Source: Bugula neritina
Taxonomy: Eukaryota; Animalia; Bryozoa
DNA: 64,000 nucleotides
Assembly: GCA_964035545.1 (NCBI GenBank)
Contig: OZ037769.1
Location: 16,460,633-16,524,632, forward strand
Direction of reading: 5' to 3'
The notes under the pieces were generated by a model. That model searched no databases, was not told the DNA's origin, and saw only the letters and a list, made by a program, of their open reading frames with translations. Of the stretch, positions 38,801 through 61,400 are shown one piece after another; position 1 is the stretch's first letter, and the number at the start of each line of letters is the position of its first letter. Both the position numbers and the translations under genes were made by a program.

Positions 38801-38986
38801 TGATAATTTTTCAATAGCACTATCAACAGCTGATTGATCTTCACAGTCTACAAAAGCGTATCCTTGTTTCAACAAAATATTTTCGGTCTCTAAATTAATA
38901 TTAATATTATTATCTAAAAACAATGTTTTCACTTCATCTTCTGTGGTTCGATCAGGTAAGTTTCCTATGTACAACCTCTTAGCCAT
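32850..38986 (-). CDS. IGF2BP: IGF2 mRNA-binding protein / Imp / ZBP1 family (2 RRM + 4 KH), about 13 exons
   Basis: [10 protein letters not shown]...GYAFVDCED (RRM1); KH1 [20 protein letters not shown]; KH2 [18 protein letters not shown]; KH3 [15 protein letters not shown]; KH4 [14 protein letters not shown]; stop TAG at 32850. Confidence 0.92.
33017..33105 (-). repeat. 20-bp repeat x5, each unit starting GTAAGTA, forming most of the last IGF2BP intron (33003-33105)
   Basis: Donor copies at 33105, 33085, 33065, 33045 and 33025. Confidence 0.9.
34408..34688 (-). repeat. 18-bp repeat of the IGF2BP KH2 exon donor junction
   Basis: Unit ACAGT(A/G)TCCAG|GTGAGTC equals the last 11 exon nt plus the first 7 intron nt. 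About 15 units. Confidence 0.92.
35655..36090. repeat. 39-bp minisatellite in an IGF2BP intron
   Basis: About 11 near-identical units, seen in the ORF track as [13 protein letters not shown] repeats. Confidence 0.95.
37181..37646. mobile_element. MITE with GG...CC termini and an 8-bp TSD GTAAAAAG
   Basis: A perfect 20-bp inverted pair at 37201-37220/37607-37626, imperfect outer TIRs, GTAAAAAG on both flanks (37173-37180 and 37647-37654), and a second copy at about 61073-61457. Confidence 0.8.
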
Positions 38987-39460
38987 ATTTATAATAAATA
39001 GTGTTAAAACATTAGATTTAAAAACAGTGACCAAGTCACGGGGAAAATAAAACTTTTCTCCTAAACTTTTAGGAAAGAAAATTGGATTAAACACAGCGCC
39101 ATTGAACTCAACTGAAAGCTACACCAACGATAGCTAAATGTCAGCAGGCTAGTTAGAGAGCTCAATGCGAAGCCCGTTTTCAGTTGAAAAGATAGCGTTT
39201 CAAGTTCCGGTTGTAAGAAAGTAAAACATCTCATATATTAAATACAAAAAATAATAAAAATAATTTTTTTTTTAAATTTAAATTGCACTTATTGTTTAAA
39301 TTATTAAATTTTAATAATAATTTTTTTTAACTTGAAAGCAACAACTCAATAGCGTCCATGAAAGCGATATTTTCCTGCGACAGGAGTTGCCTACACTGTT
39401 GCTATAATTATTATGAGGCTGTTATAATGAAACTGTACTGCGATATTAGTCAGTTGTGCA

Positions 39461-39471
39461 GGGGAATTCCC
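39461..39471. promoter_or_regulatory. Perfect palindromic NF-kB/Rel site GGGGAATTCCC between IGF2BP and the DTX3L-like gene
   Basis: Exact GGGAATTCCC at 39462-39471. Function is untested. Confidence 0.45.
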
Positions 39472-41435
39472 AAATATCGCTTTCAGTCACTGCAAGGTCC
39501 AAAGGCAGAAAACATTACATTTGGGTGGCAGGTACTAACAAATTACACTGTCAAATTAATTGAATAAAAATTGACTCTCAAAACAAACTTTTGGCGTTTT
39601 TGATGAATTTAAAACACATCAATTATTGCCATTAGTAATTATAAATTAATATTAGAAATAGCTATAGGATAGGAGTATTTCTACCAGTATCACTATCACT
39701 ATCAGTATCAGTATGAGTATCAATATCATAGTCATACTCATAGTGATTTACTTATTCTTTATTTCTTAGTCTTATTCTAAGAGTTAGTAACAGTAACACT
39801 AACCGTAAGTTGGAAGATGAATTCATTAAAGCAGCAGTGGTACTGCCTTATTAGTTAGTAATAGTATCGTAGTAGGTCTCCAGTCACAATAGGAGCAGTA
39901 CAATCACTGAGTCAGAATCAGCACTAGGTCTACATCTACTAAATTGCTAGTACTACTAAACGTGTTTCACTTTGACTTTGTGCTTCTTCATATTGAATAT
40001 CTTCTATTTTTGCGACTAGATCATCGCGATTGACTACCACTAATAGTAATAGTGATGGTATTGCTTTCAGTTTTACTAATAGTAATACTAATGCACTTAT
40101 AGTAATTAAGATTTAGTACCTATCATTATGATTATCACTATGAGTAAATAAAATACTAGTATTACTATTATAGGTATAGGTGTATTACTAAGACTATTAG
40201 ACTAAGAGCAATAAGAATAGGTTTTGTACATGGTAATACAAATGCTGAAATAGTTTAAGTATTGAGTATTGTTCGTACTATAAAAAGTCCCATGTGCCTG
40301 CGGAACAAAAAGTTAATCACCCACTCAATCGGAATGCATGGATAAAATCAAATGTAAAAGCTCACCTTTATGATTGCATGAAGACCAATATTGAATAAAT
40401 AAATAAAAATAAGTATGACCACTTTAAATGTTGTGATTCGTTATCGTTATTGAGTGACAGTTGTAATTTGTGATTATCTGTTTTCAAATAGATGCGCTCA
40501 TATTGAATTCTGATAGGGAAAACACTCTCATTGATAGTAATTATACTTATATTCTAATGGATGAGGTTATAAATATAATATTTATATTTATTGCTAGTAA
40601 TAAATAAAAGTATGACCACTTTAAATATCATTATTCATTATTATTAAGGAAATCGAATAGAACAGTGACATTTGTTGTTTATAATAAATTATATTTTATA
40701 AGTTTAAGCTGCTACCATTATGATGTTGGTATAAAGGTAGTAATCATATAATGTCATATAAATGATAGGTGACGGTAATATGTAAAGTATAATATCAAAT
40801 AGGTTTTGTATATGTATCACGTTTGTTACTACTCTACATATAAATAGTTTTAATATGTTAAATTTGTTTGTCTTCAGTCAGTTCTTGGAGCCTATCACTT
40901 TTTTCACTACTTTTGGTGAGTAAATTATGGATAGCTTCCTGCCATTTACTAGTCTTATGCAATTTTTCAACAAATGCAAATAGCTTAAGCTGATTATAAA
41001 ATGTTAAAGCACAATATTATTTTTAGTATCCTCGACAGTTTTAATCAGGCTACAAATTTAATTTATTTCTGATATCAATAGTGTTTAATTGATACAAGAA
41101 TTATATGTTGTAGATCAAAAATAGTATTTTTTTTAGAAATCTTTCTTCAATTTAGAAAATGCAAAAGTTTTATGAATGAGCGAAAAAAATAGAAACTGTT
41201 ACATAAACAACTGAGCTAGCTTTGCATGATTGCTATATATTAACACATTAAATGATTTTTTACTTGCCATCAGTGTACTAGAAAAAAATAAGAACAGGTT
41301 ATGTTACTAATACATGCAACTATAAGGTTTCAGTGAACAAAATATAAAAGTTGTTGAAATTTAAAATGACCACCAAACTTGAAACTAGAAATTTATGGCT
41401 CTGAACTAAAAGAAGTTTGTGTATTCAGCTATGCA

Positions 41436-49067
<7,632 letters not shown>

Positions 49068-50320
49068 TAATGACAATATGTAACCCCAGAAATATTATGT
49101 TACGAAAATTTCTAAATATTTTAGAGACAGATATTATATTCTATAAATTAGCTTTCCAATTCCAGCTGTATGTGCTATTCTATACATGATTATGTGGCTT
49201 TTGGCTTTTCTGTTATCTTTTCAGTGATTTTGAGTTAGTGTTATTTTTTGCAATCAATATTAATTGTGCTATTGATTTCAACAAGCTAATTAAATAAATT
49301 ATAAACGCATATATTTCATTATATATTGCATAGGGATATATAGTATTAAAGCTGCAGCTGTACACTATAGAGTAAATCTATTAGTCTGAAATTCGTACTG
49401 CTTTATAGTAAATATGCACTGAAAATAATAACATAACATATAAGAGTTGAAAATGTTTGTTCAACAACTTTTGTAATTGGTATGTTTCACACTGCTTTCT
49501 TCAGTTTAGTACGCTATTAAGGAAGTTTTTTATAGCCTAATTCCTGTGAGAACATAGCTTTTTTCTTATCAAGAACAGGGGCTTTTCTCAACCTGACTTC
49601 TCCTTTAGACCAAAGAATGGTATACGGGTTTGGTAGCTTTTTATAGCAACTAAATCAGTAAATTGCATGCTGCTGCAGAAATTACATTATATTTGGTTTT
49701 GCCCATCAAACAGAAGTAAAGGCTGGAGAGGAAACCAGTTAAATCCATGTTGTGTTACTAGCTAGTATTGAGTTGAAAATCAATTAAAGATTAGTTGAAG
49801 TCAATGGTGCACAAATAATTTTCACTTTGTACCTTATGACTATCCAAAATGTGTATTGAAATAGTCAACCTGTGTTGGAAATCACAGACGGTCAGTAAAA
49901 GTGCACTTGTCTGGCCTGTCAAAGTTACAATAACTCTAAAGTTGTTATTATATGACATGTCGGATTTCAAATGACTCAGCAACTGGTATATGAGACGCAG
50001 TGCCTGGTGATTGCACATTTTCATTACACCTATAAGACATATTTAATTTTCAATGCAACTGCTAGCACAAGTGCAGGGTTGTTTGAAGTAACACATTATT
50101 AAAATTAATGAATTTATATAAATCTCATACCAATTTCTTTTATATTATATCAACATAACAAGGCTTGATGAATGCTTTTTGTAAAAAGCTTTTTGCATTG
50201 CTACATATTATGCTAGATATAGCGCTGCAAATAGCTTATGGCTATAAAAAGCTGCTTGATAGGCTGTAGGCCTACCTAACTTCACTTTGAGAACTGGTGT
50301 CTAAAGGAAGACCTCAAGAA

Positions 50321-52798
<2,478 letters not shown>

Positions 52799-54424
52799 AG
52801 GCTATTCTTTGCAACCCACAACCTGTGCAATACAGGATGGGGTGAGAAAATGTTAGCTAGTGGACTAGCTACAAGTTAATTTCCACTATTGTTATTATGA
52901 TGTTGATAATATACTGTTCACTTTTTGTTATTTACTGTAAAAGTTTAATTTGCTATATATAGCTTATAATGCAATAAAGTTTATTGATTCAAAATATAGA
53001 CTCATTTATACTTATGAGGCTGCAACTAATTTGAGCAGGGTGGTCGGCAATTAGCCCCAGGAATTAAAAAATCTCCATTTATCATTTGAGTAACACAACA
53101 ATCAACTCTGAATGAACTCACTGCACAGTATTTACTTGTAAATAAAGGGAAATTCACTACACTTACTATATACACCAATTATTACATCAATTCAACAGCT
53201 TCATTGATTCTACTTCTGACAAAACCATGTGACTAGAACCTTACTTTGAGAAAGCCAAAAGATGATTTAACTTAATCTGATTTCTTAAGACTACGTCAAT
53301 GTTTAGCAGCTTTCAAATGTAGATTAATACGAATCTGTAATATAGTGCATATAACAACCTGTATAGTGTATCAGTAGTATACGCAGTGAACTTTGAACTC
53401 TGCTAGAATATGAAAGCCTTTAATTTAATAACTTATGTTACATCTACTTCTGGCTGCCAGGGCAGAAGGGTTTCTCCCTTATACAATATATATCTGTATC
53501 CACTCCTTTCTATAGCAAATCAATAGGTTTGTGAGGGATCGGAATTACAATGTTTTGATCAACCTTCAACTATCCTTTGTATTTATGCAAGAGAAGAGAA
53601 ATGTATTGTATAGAACTGAGACCTCTTGAATAAAAATAGAGAAGATCATTTCCCCTGAGAGTTTCCGTGATTTTTTATTCAAATTTTTTTAAGGGTATTT
53701 AAAAACTGATTATTGACATTCAAGAGTTTTTGTCATCCAGTTGAATGTAATAATCAATATGAGTTTTAGCAAGATTTCAAAGTGTCATTATATAGTCATC
53801 TCACAAATAAAATTGCTGTGTCACATATCAGCATGAATTTAACACTATATTCAATAATACTGTATATATTATATGCATATATTTATATAATATATATGTA
53901 TATATATATAAATAAATATTTACATTAAATATTTTAGTATGTAATATTACATATGCAGATTTGTGATACAGTAAATTCTTGTTGCATGTGAGATGCCTAA
54001 TAAAGCATTCAAATCTTGCTGAAACACTGTTCTATTTAATATATTTTATATAATACATATAAATATACAAAAAAACTTTTACAAAACATTCGAATAGAAA
54101 ACTTTTCAGACTTTGTTTTATTAGATGCTTTTACATCCCAAATTTATCCTAATGCTATAGATTTCAGTTGTAACACAAGCACCTGGAGGGGGGGAGGGGG
54201 TGAAAATCTGCATACACCTCTTTGGTGACAAACCTAATATGTCTTACAATCACTTCCCATAACAAGCTTCACTGTTTGAATTTAGTATACAATTTCCTAT
54301 CAAGTGCCTATATATATCTCTAATCGAGCATTTGATAGGAGCTTTAACCTAGCAATTGGTTTCAACACCTCACAACTTTATTAGACACAAACAAAACCAA
54401 TTACGTTTGTATCTCTGAAACAAA

Positions 54425-56467
54425 ATGTCGAACACTGTATGCCCTCTGACAGCCAAGAAACACAAAATGGACCCCTCTACGACCATGTCTGGTGACCAAA
54501 GACATGGCTACACTTATCCTCTACGTGTGGCCCTCCTTATCACTGGACTTTACTCTGGAAGACATGAGAAGAAGTTTCTCACTGTACTGTGTGTAGCCTA
54601 CCACCTGATTTGTTGTATTCTGTCAACTCTACTCTGTCTCACTTGTAAGTATTGCTTCTTCTTAGAACTACAAATTTGTCTTTTGAATAATATTCCCATC
54701 TATCTAGACAGTACAATAACATATTAAATTGGTAATGGAAAAGACGTTAATAAATAATTAAATTCCAGTTTTCAGTAAAATGCGAACCTATAGCGATCAG
54801 TATAGTTGAGATTCTATATAGTAATGAAGTTTTTGATATTCCCCTAGCGTCAGTTTTGACTCTTTAATTTACTTTGAAGATACAATTTATGTTCTCTACT
54901 TTTTAATTATAATTTTAGGTGTGGTAGTGCTCTGTTTGTGGCTTCCAACAATAGAAATGACGATTCACAACTTCGCCATAACAGCTGTTGGCATGTACTG
55001 GTACCTCACTCAGACTATCAGTAACTGGATCTTCTTCTACAACTGTCACAGAGCTGATGGCCTCTTCAGATTGTTCCAGAATATTAAAGATGAAACGGAA
55101 ATAATGAAAACTAAGAACATTAACAGTAAGCCAGCTAAAGAAAAGAGGAATCAAATCATAATATTTCTTGTCTCGACAATATTGGTTGCTGTTAACACTG
55201 GTATAAAACTATGGGACATCACTCACGCGAAAAGCACGGATCCAGTATTAAATTCAATGGTTTTACCAACTTTGAACATTTCTCGCAGTCTCTATGTCAG
55301 CATTGAGTGTGTGTCAGCAAGTGGCTCTGTGCTGCTTTGCATTCAGTGGTTGTACCAACCAGCTTTCTTTGTGAGCATTTGCTACACTGTGTATACAATG
55401 ATGTCCAACTTTAATGAGCATTTCGGGGAGTGTGTAAAGAGATCTGTACAAGACACGATTGACCATATTCATGAATACAGAATGATGCAGTTACGCTTGA
55501 GTGAGCTCGCCGAGTTTATCAACAAGCTGTTTAAGTTCTACTTGGCAAACACCATCACAGACTTGGTGATCGGACCACTAGTGTTTCTCTACTTGCTGTC
55601 CACGCCACAAATGGGAGCATTTGACTTGTTTGGACAACTCAACATGACCTACTGGTTCATATCCTCCGGACTCATCATTCTATCCTGCGTCTTTTTCTCT
55701 CAAATTATAGCAGATGTGGTAAGTAAAACTCTAGTTGTTCTGTTAAATAATGCATGATAAGGTCAAGGGTCATTAATAATTTTATTATTGATTTAGTCTG
55801 GAGAAGCATACGGACATCTGCTGAACCTGATGGATGACCAGACAGAGTTGACCGTCACTCAAAGTCATCAGGTGAAGTTAAACTAGTCTTGTCTTGTCTT
55901 TCTACAGTCCGCATGTTATTGTAATGATTCTGGAAACTATAGTACGTGTGTGTAAGATTGTATTTTATAAAAGTTCGGGATAGAGCTGATTTGAATTAGC
56001 ATTTTATTCCACAGTTTATTTGGTTTAAAATCTGTCAAGCAAACTAGTTTATCTGTATCTCAACACAAATAAAAATTATATAGATCAAGTGGAATCAATT
56101 ATTATATTTTATAAATAAAATTATATATATACCCACTGAACATAACAGGTATTGTTATTCCTTCTGTTGTTAGATTCAGCTGTTCATTAGTAAGACTCAG
56201 TCTCCAGATACTATAACCATGGGGAGAGTATTAGATGTGAACAAGGAGCTCGGTCTAACAGTGAGTACACCTACTTAGGCTATATTGTAGATACTTAGTC
56301 TATATTGTAGATACTGAGTCTATATTGTAGGTACTTAGTCTATATTGTAGATACTTAGTCTATATTGTAGATACTGAGTCTATATTGTAGATACTGAGTC
56401 TATATTGTAGATACTGAGTCTAATGGTGACGTACTACCTAGTGATGTTACAGTTTAACCAAAGTTGA
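54425..56467 (+). CDS. Gustatory-receptor-like (7TM ion-channel superfamily) protein 1; exons 54425-54644, 54919-55718, 55797-55871, 56174-56260, 56411-56467
   Basis: Multi-TM protein with a C-terminal TM7 motif TYYLVMLQF (TY...QF) and three 3' phase-0 introns, which is characteristic of the GR/GRL family. Confidence 0.85.
56271..56421 (+). repeat. 20-bp acceptor-junction repeat, about 7 copies (TATATTGTAG|ATACTGAGTC)
   Basis: The last unit is the real acceptor plus the first 10 nt of the terminal exon. Confidence 0.92.
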
Positions 56468-56885
56468 AGATGGAAGATGGGTGTCCTTGACATATCCTGT
56501 AATAATTATACATACATTAGTAACTGAATAAGTTTTGTCAACCTTGCTTTTTCAAACAGCCAAAATTCAAGATGCTGTTTGTCTATTGACTACCAAGCTT
56601 CAACCAATTTATATTTATTAAGTGGTTAAACCTTAGACTGATATACAATACAATACAATTATTTCAAATCATTGAGATAGTTTAGAGGTTGCCACGGCAA
56701 CCATATCATTTCATATTATTCATTCATATTATTGCAACATATTTGGAGTTATCTTTCTTTTATACATATATATCTTTGGGAATTCTTTTGATTTATTTTA
56801 AATTGTTATGGACTTGGAGTTATCTTTTTAAGGTATATAATTTTTGGAATACAATAATATTTACTTTTTTGTCATGTGAATCTGA

Positions 56886-57075
56886 ATTGGGCCGAATTCG
56901 GATGCCCCGAAGTTCGGAGTGTTAGATTCAGAAGATCGGGTGCCTGAATATCATTTTCGGGCGTCCGATTCGGCCCGAAATTTGGATAGAATATTCTAAA
57001 ATTAGAAGCGCCCAAATTCTAGAATACAATAGGACGAGCTCGCCAGCATAGATTCAGTCTACTGCTGGAGCGCGG
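56886..57075. mobile_element. GC-rich hairpin-containing insertion, probably a non-autonomous DNA transposon or Helitron-like relic
   Basis: GGGCCGAATTCGGATGCCCCGAA is inverted against TTCGGGCGTCCGATTCGGCCC. A second hairpin, CCAGCATAGA...TCTACTGCTGG, follows. Confidence 0.4.
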
Positions 57076-58417
57076 AGAGAACACTACCTACCTATATACA
57101 GATACTTTGTTTGGAAGCATACCAATAAAGATATCTTACACCTAAAATTGCCTTTTCTCTTTTGCTAACAAAAAGTTATTTTCACTAGATAAAATTTTTA
57201 CAATCCCACAATTTATCACATATTTGGTGTAAGCTGATTGGCCAACCCTCTCTACAACACATTATTCTGTATCATTTCATTTTATGCTATAATAAGTATG
57301 TTGGTTTATTGCATTTGTTCAATATATTGTTTTGACAAAGCACTACCTCTCAAAGCAATACAAACAATTAGCAAACTGTTAGTAAATATTACAGACTAGT
57401 TTCATATATTATATTACTCATATATATTACCAGATCCACTGTTTCTTATTTATGCATGTAGAATTATTATTTAACTGTATCTATTCCTAATTTAATAACT
57501 GTATATGATCAGTTCTAATAGCAGTATATTATGAGAATAAATTTTGAATCATTGAAAAGGTATTAGTTGTAAGTACTCATAGTAAAATACTGGGTTAATA
57601 ATGATTATTGAAGAATAAGTAATGTGTCTACCAATTTAAACTTTTTAACAATAAGTTTACCCGTTTATGCCCTTAAGTGCTATCCACTCCTTTTATGCTA
57701 TCTATATCAAATCAAGGTTTTCGAGTGAGTTATAAAATATTGTAAATGTAATATTTAGCTCTGTTTCATTGTTAATATATTGAGTTTTGCTGACTAGACA
57801 AAAGGGTTGAGAGACTGATTATCTCTTGAACATAAGTTAAGAGTAAGTGAGAGCATCCGCCATTTTGTATTTCAAACTCATTCAGGATGTTATAAATACT
57901 GAGTATCGATATCACGCCAAGGTTTGTGTTATACGGCCATGGATAATAATCAATAAACTTATAATATAAATATATATGCAATGCACAATGGTAGTATAGC
58001 GTGAAGTATGGTATAAATCATAAAAAGTTACACAACAATTGTGTGACAAACGAAACAGAGTTTTATAATTTTAATGAATCGCCCATATATACCCCTGAGA
58101 GACATCTTTACACAACAAATATGTTTTCTATGCAGAGACATAAAGTTTGACCCAAACGTTGTGTCTGTGTTGTAATATATACATGTGCATAAAAATGAAA
58201 AAGGGGGCCAAATCTGGTTACACCTCTTATATGCTAAACTTAATATGTCCTACAATAATAAGCATCACTGTTGCATATATTCAGACCCCAAGCAAAGCAT
58301 TACATGCATTTCTATTGGAACACTTGATAGCAATTATCATGACATAGCAATAGGTTTCAACAGCTTATAACTTTAATAGACACAAACAAAACAAAAAGTT
58401 TGTATATCTAGAATAAA

Positions 58418-61400
58418 ATGTCGAACACTGTACGGCCTCTGACAACCAAGAAAGACTCCTCTACGACCATGTCTGGTGACCAAAGACATGGCTACACTTA
58501 TCCTCTACGTGTGGCCCTCCTTATCACCGGACTTTACTCTGGAAGACACGAGAAGAAGTTTCTCACTGTACTGTGTGTGGCCTACCATCTGATTTGTTGT
58601 ATTCTGTCAACTCTACTCTGTCTCACTTGTAAGTGTTTCAATTTGAGTTGCATATGATATGTTTTAAATAATTTTACCACATTATATTATAGACAGCACA
58701 ATAACATTCTATATGAGTATACGATATCAAAGCTGAGAGATTTGATTTGATAAATGAATCATTAAAATAATATATTAATTGATTTCCTAGACAATCAAAC
58801 AATGAAAAATTTGTTACATAATTACAATAGTATAGTAAATATTTGATGTAGTAATTGAGTCTATAACATTTCTAGAGTAATTTTTGCTTGATTCTTTAAG
58901 CTTTACAGTTCTAATCTTATTTGTCTATTGTCTATTGTCTAGGTGTGGCTGTACTGTGTTTGTGGCTTCCAACCATAGAGAAAACCATTCACAGCTTGGC
59001 AGTAACCACTGTGGGCATGTATTGGTACCTCACCCTAATGATTAACAACTGGATCTTCTTCTACAACTGTCACAGAGCTGATGGCCTGTTGAGATTGTTC
59101 CAGAATATTAAAGATGAAACGAAAATTATGAAAACTATGAACATTAACCGTAAGCCAGCTAAAGAAAAGAGGAATCAAATCATAATATTTGTTGTCTCGA
59201 CAATACTGGTTGTTGGTAACACTGGTATAAAGCTATGGGACATGACTCATTCGAAGATACTAGACCCGATATTCAATTCGATGACTTTACCTACTCTGAA
59301 CATTTCTCACAGCATTTACGTCAGTATTGAGTGTGTGTCAGCAAGTGGCTCTGTGCTGTTTTATATACAGAGCTTGTACCAACCAGCCTTCTTCGTGAGC
59401 ATTTGCTACACTGTGTATACAATGATGTCCAACTTTAATGAGCATTTCGGGGAGTGTGTAAAGAGATCTGTACAAGAAACGATTGACCATATTCATGAGT
59501 ACAGAATGATGCAGTTACGCTTGAGTAAGCTGGCCAAGTCTATCGACAGGTTGTTCAAGTTCTACTTGGCAAACACCATCACAGACTTGGTGATTGCTTC
59601 TTTAGTATTTCTATACTTGTTGTCAACTCCACAAATGAAAGCATTTGATTTCTTTGGTCAACTAACCATGTCCTACTGGTTCTTATCTTCTGGACTCATC
59701 ATCTTATCTTACGTCTTCGTCTCTCAACTTGTAGCAGATGTGGTAAGTAAAACATTAATAGTTATGCAATTGCATATAGTGTCCAGGGGTGGGTGCAGTG
59801 ATGGAGAAATTGAAAAAAGCCTGTGCTGTGAATTTGAAATGTAGCAAAAGTGAAAAATAACTGGGATTCGAACCCGAAACCTCTGGTTTGCAAGCAAGTG
59901 TGCAAACCATTACACCACGAGGACCACTGGATAAAATCAACACTACAAAAAGAAGTTATACTCTCTCAAGAATTTCAACTGCCCCCCTCCAAACCGAAAG
60001 TTATAAAGAAATTTACATTCAGGGGCAATAGTGGGGAAATTGGAATAGCCTAAGTCTTTTAGCATTTTTATTAAAAATTGTTGCTCAGGCTAAAATTCTT
60101 ACAAGAACATAACTCTTTATGCTACAATTATAATCTAGGGCAAAGGCTTTTTTCAACTTCTCCATTTACCGCACTTTATAGGTATCTACCTCAAAATTTA
60201 AAGATAGTATGCTATCTTAATATCTCTACTGCTGCTCCTAAATGGTAGTCCAGGTCCAATCACTAATAATTATTGATTATTGATTTAGTCTGGAGAAGCA
60301 TACGGACATTTGCTGAACTTGATGGATGACCAGACAGAGTTGACCGTCACTCAAAGTCATCAGGTGAAGTTAAACTAGTCGTGTCTTTTAAAATAGCAGA
60401 GTCTTTCTATAGTCCGCATGTTATTCTAATGATTATGGTAACTATATAGTACGTGTGTGTAAGATTGTGTAAGATCGTGTCTCTTTAGATAGTAGATACC
60501 TTCTAGTTAGTATAACTTCCTTCTAATATCTTAAAAAAGATGTGAAGAAAACAAAAATATTTTTACAAATTTTAAATGAACTTCAACCTCTACACTGGAG
60601 AACTGAGGACATCCTGGCCTGAAACCTTTCATATTTGTCTAAACTCACCAGAAATTGAAAAAACCCATTTAATTCAACTTCTAAAAGCAGTTCATTTGCA
60701 ATTATTAGAGCTGCTCTACTTTATATAAATAAAGAAATAAATAAAAAATTTTACAACTTCAAAAAATTTGTACCACAAATATTGCTACTGTAACATCCAT
60801 TACAAAATTTCCCAAAAGCTTTCTTTTAAACTATAGTCCAGTTTAAAAACTATCGCGTCCTTTAAACTGGAGTTTGAAGTTAGTAAACAATAACGTGCGG
60901 TTGCTCTTTAAACAAGTAACATTATCATGCGTTTGTAATAAAGCTGGAGTACATTGAAAATATTATGCATTCTAAATTATAAATATAATAACTTTTATGA
61001 ATAATATTATAATATATACTGGACTGCACATTGATGGTAACAAATGGCCCTCACCCTTACATTGGTCTTGGTGGTTTCATCCCATGCAGTTAGACGTTAT
61101 TTTTTATTTTGGTAACATAATAATGCATATAACTGATTGCTAAATAGCTAATGTGCTAATTATTATAGCGGTAATAGCTAATATGAAGCATCTGGAATAA
61201 TAGGCCACTTTTCATGGATTTGTGTGGGACAAAAGACAGTAATATATTATTAATACTTATATAAATATTGGTATAGAATATGCAAAATTAACCAATTAAT
61301 GCAGATCGCAGGAATTTATTTATGTGCTAGATAACAAACAACTGATCCAAGTTTATTTAAATATACATATGCTTCAATAATATTCAAATAAATTGCATTT

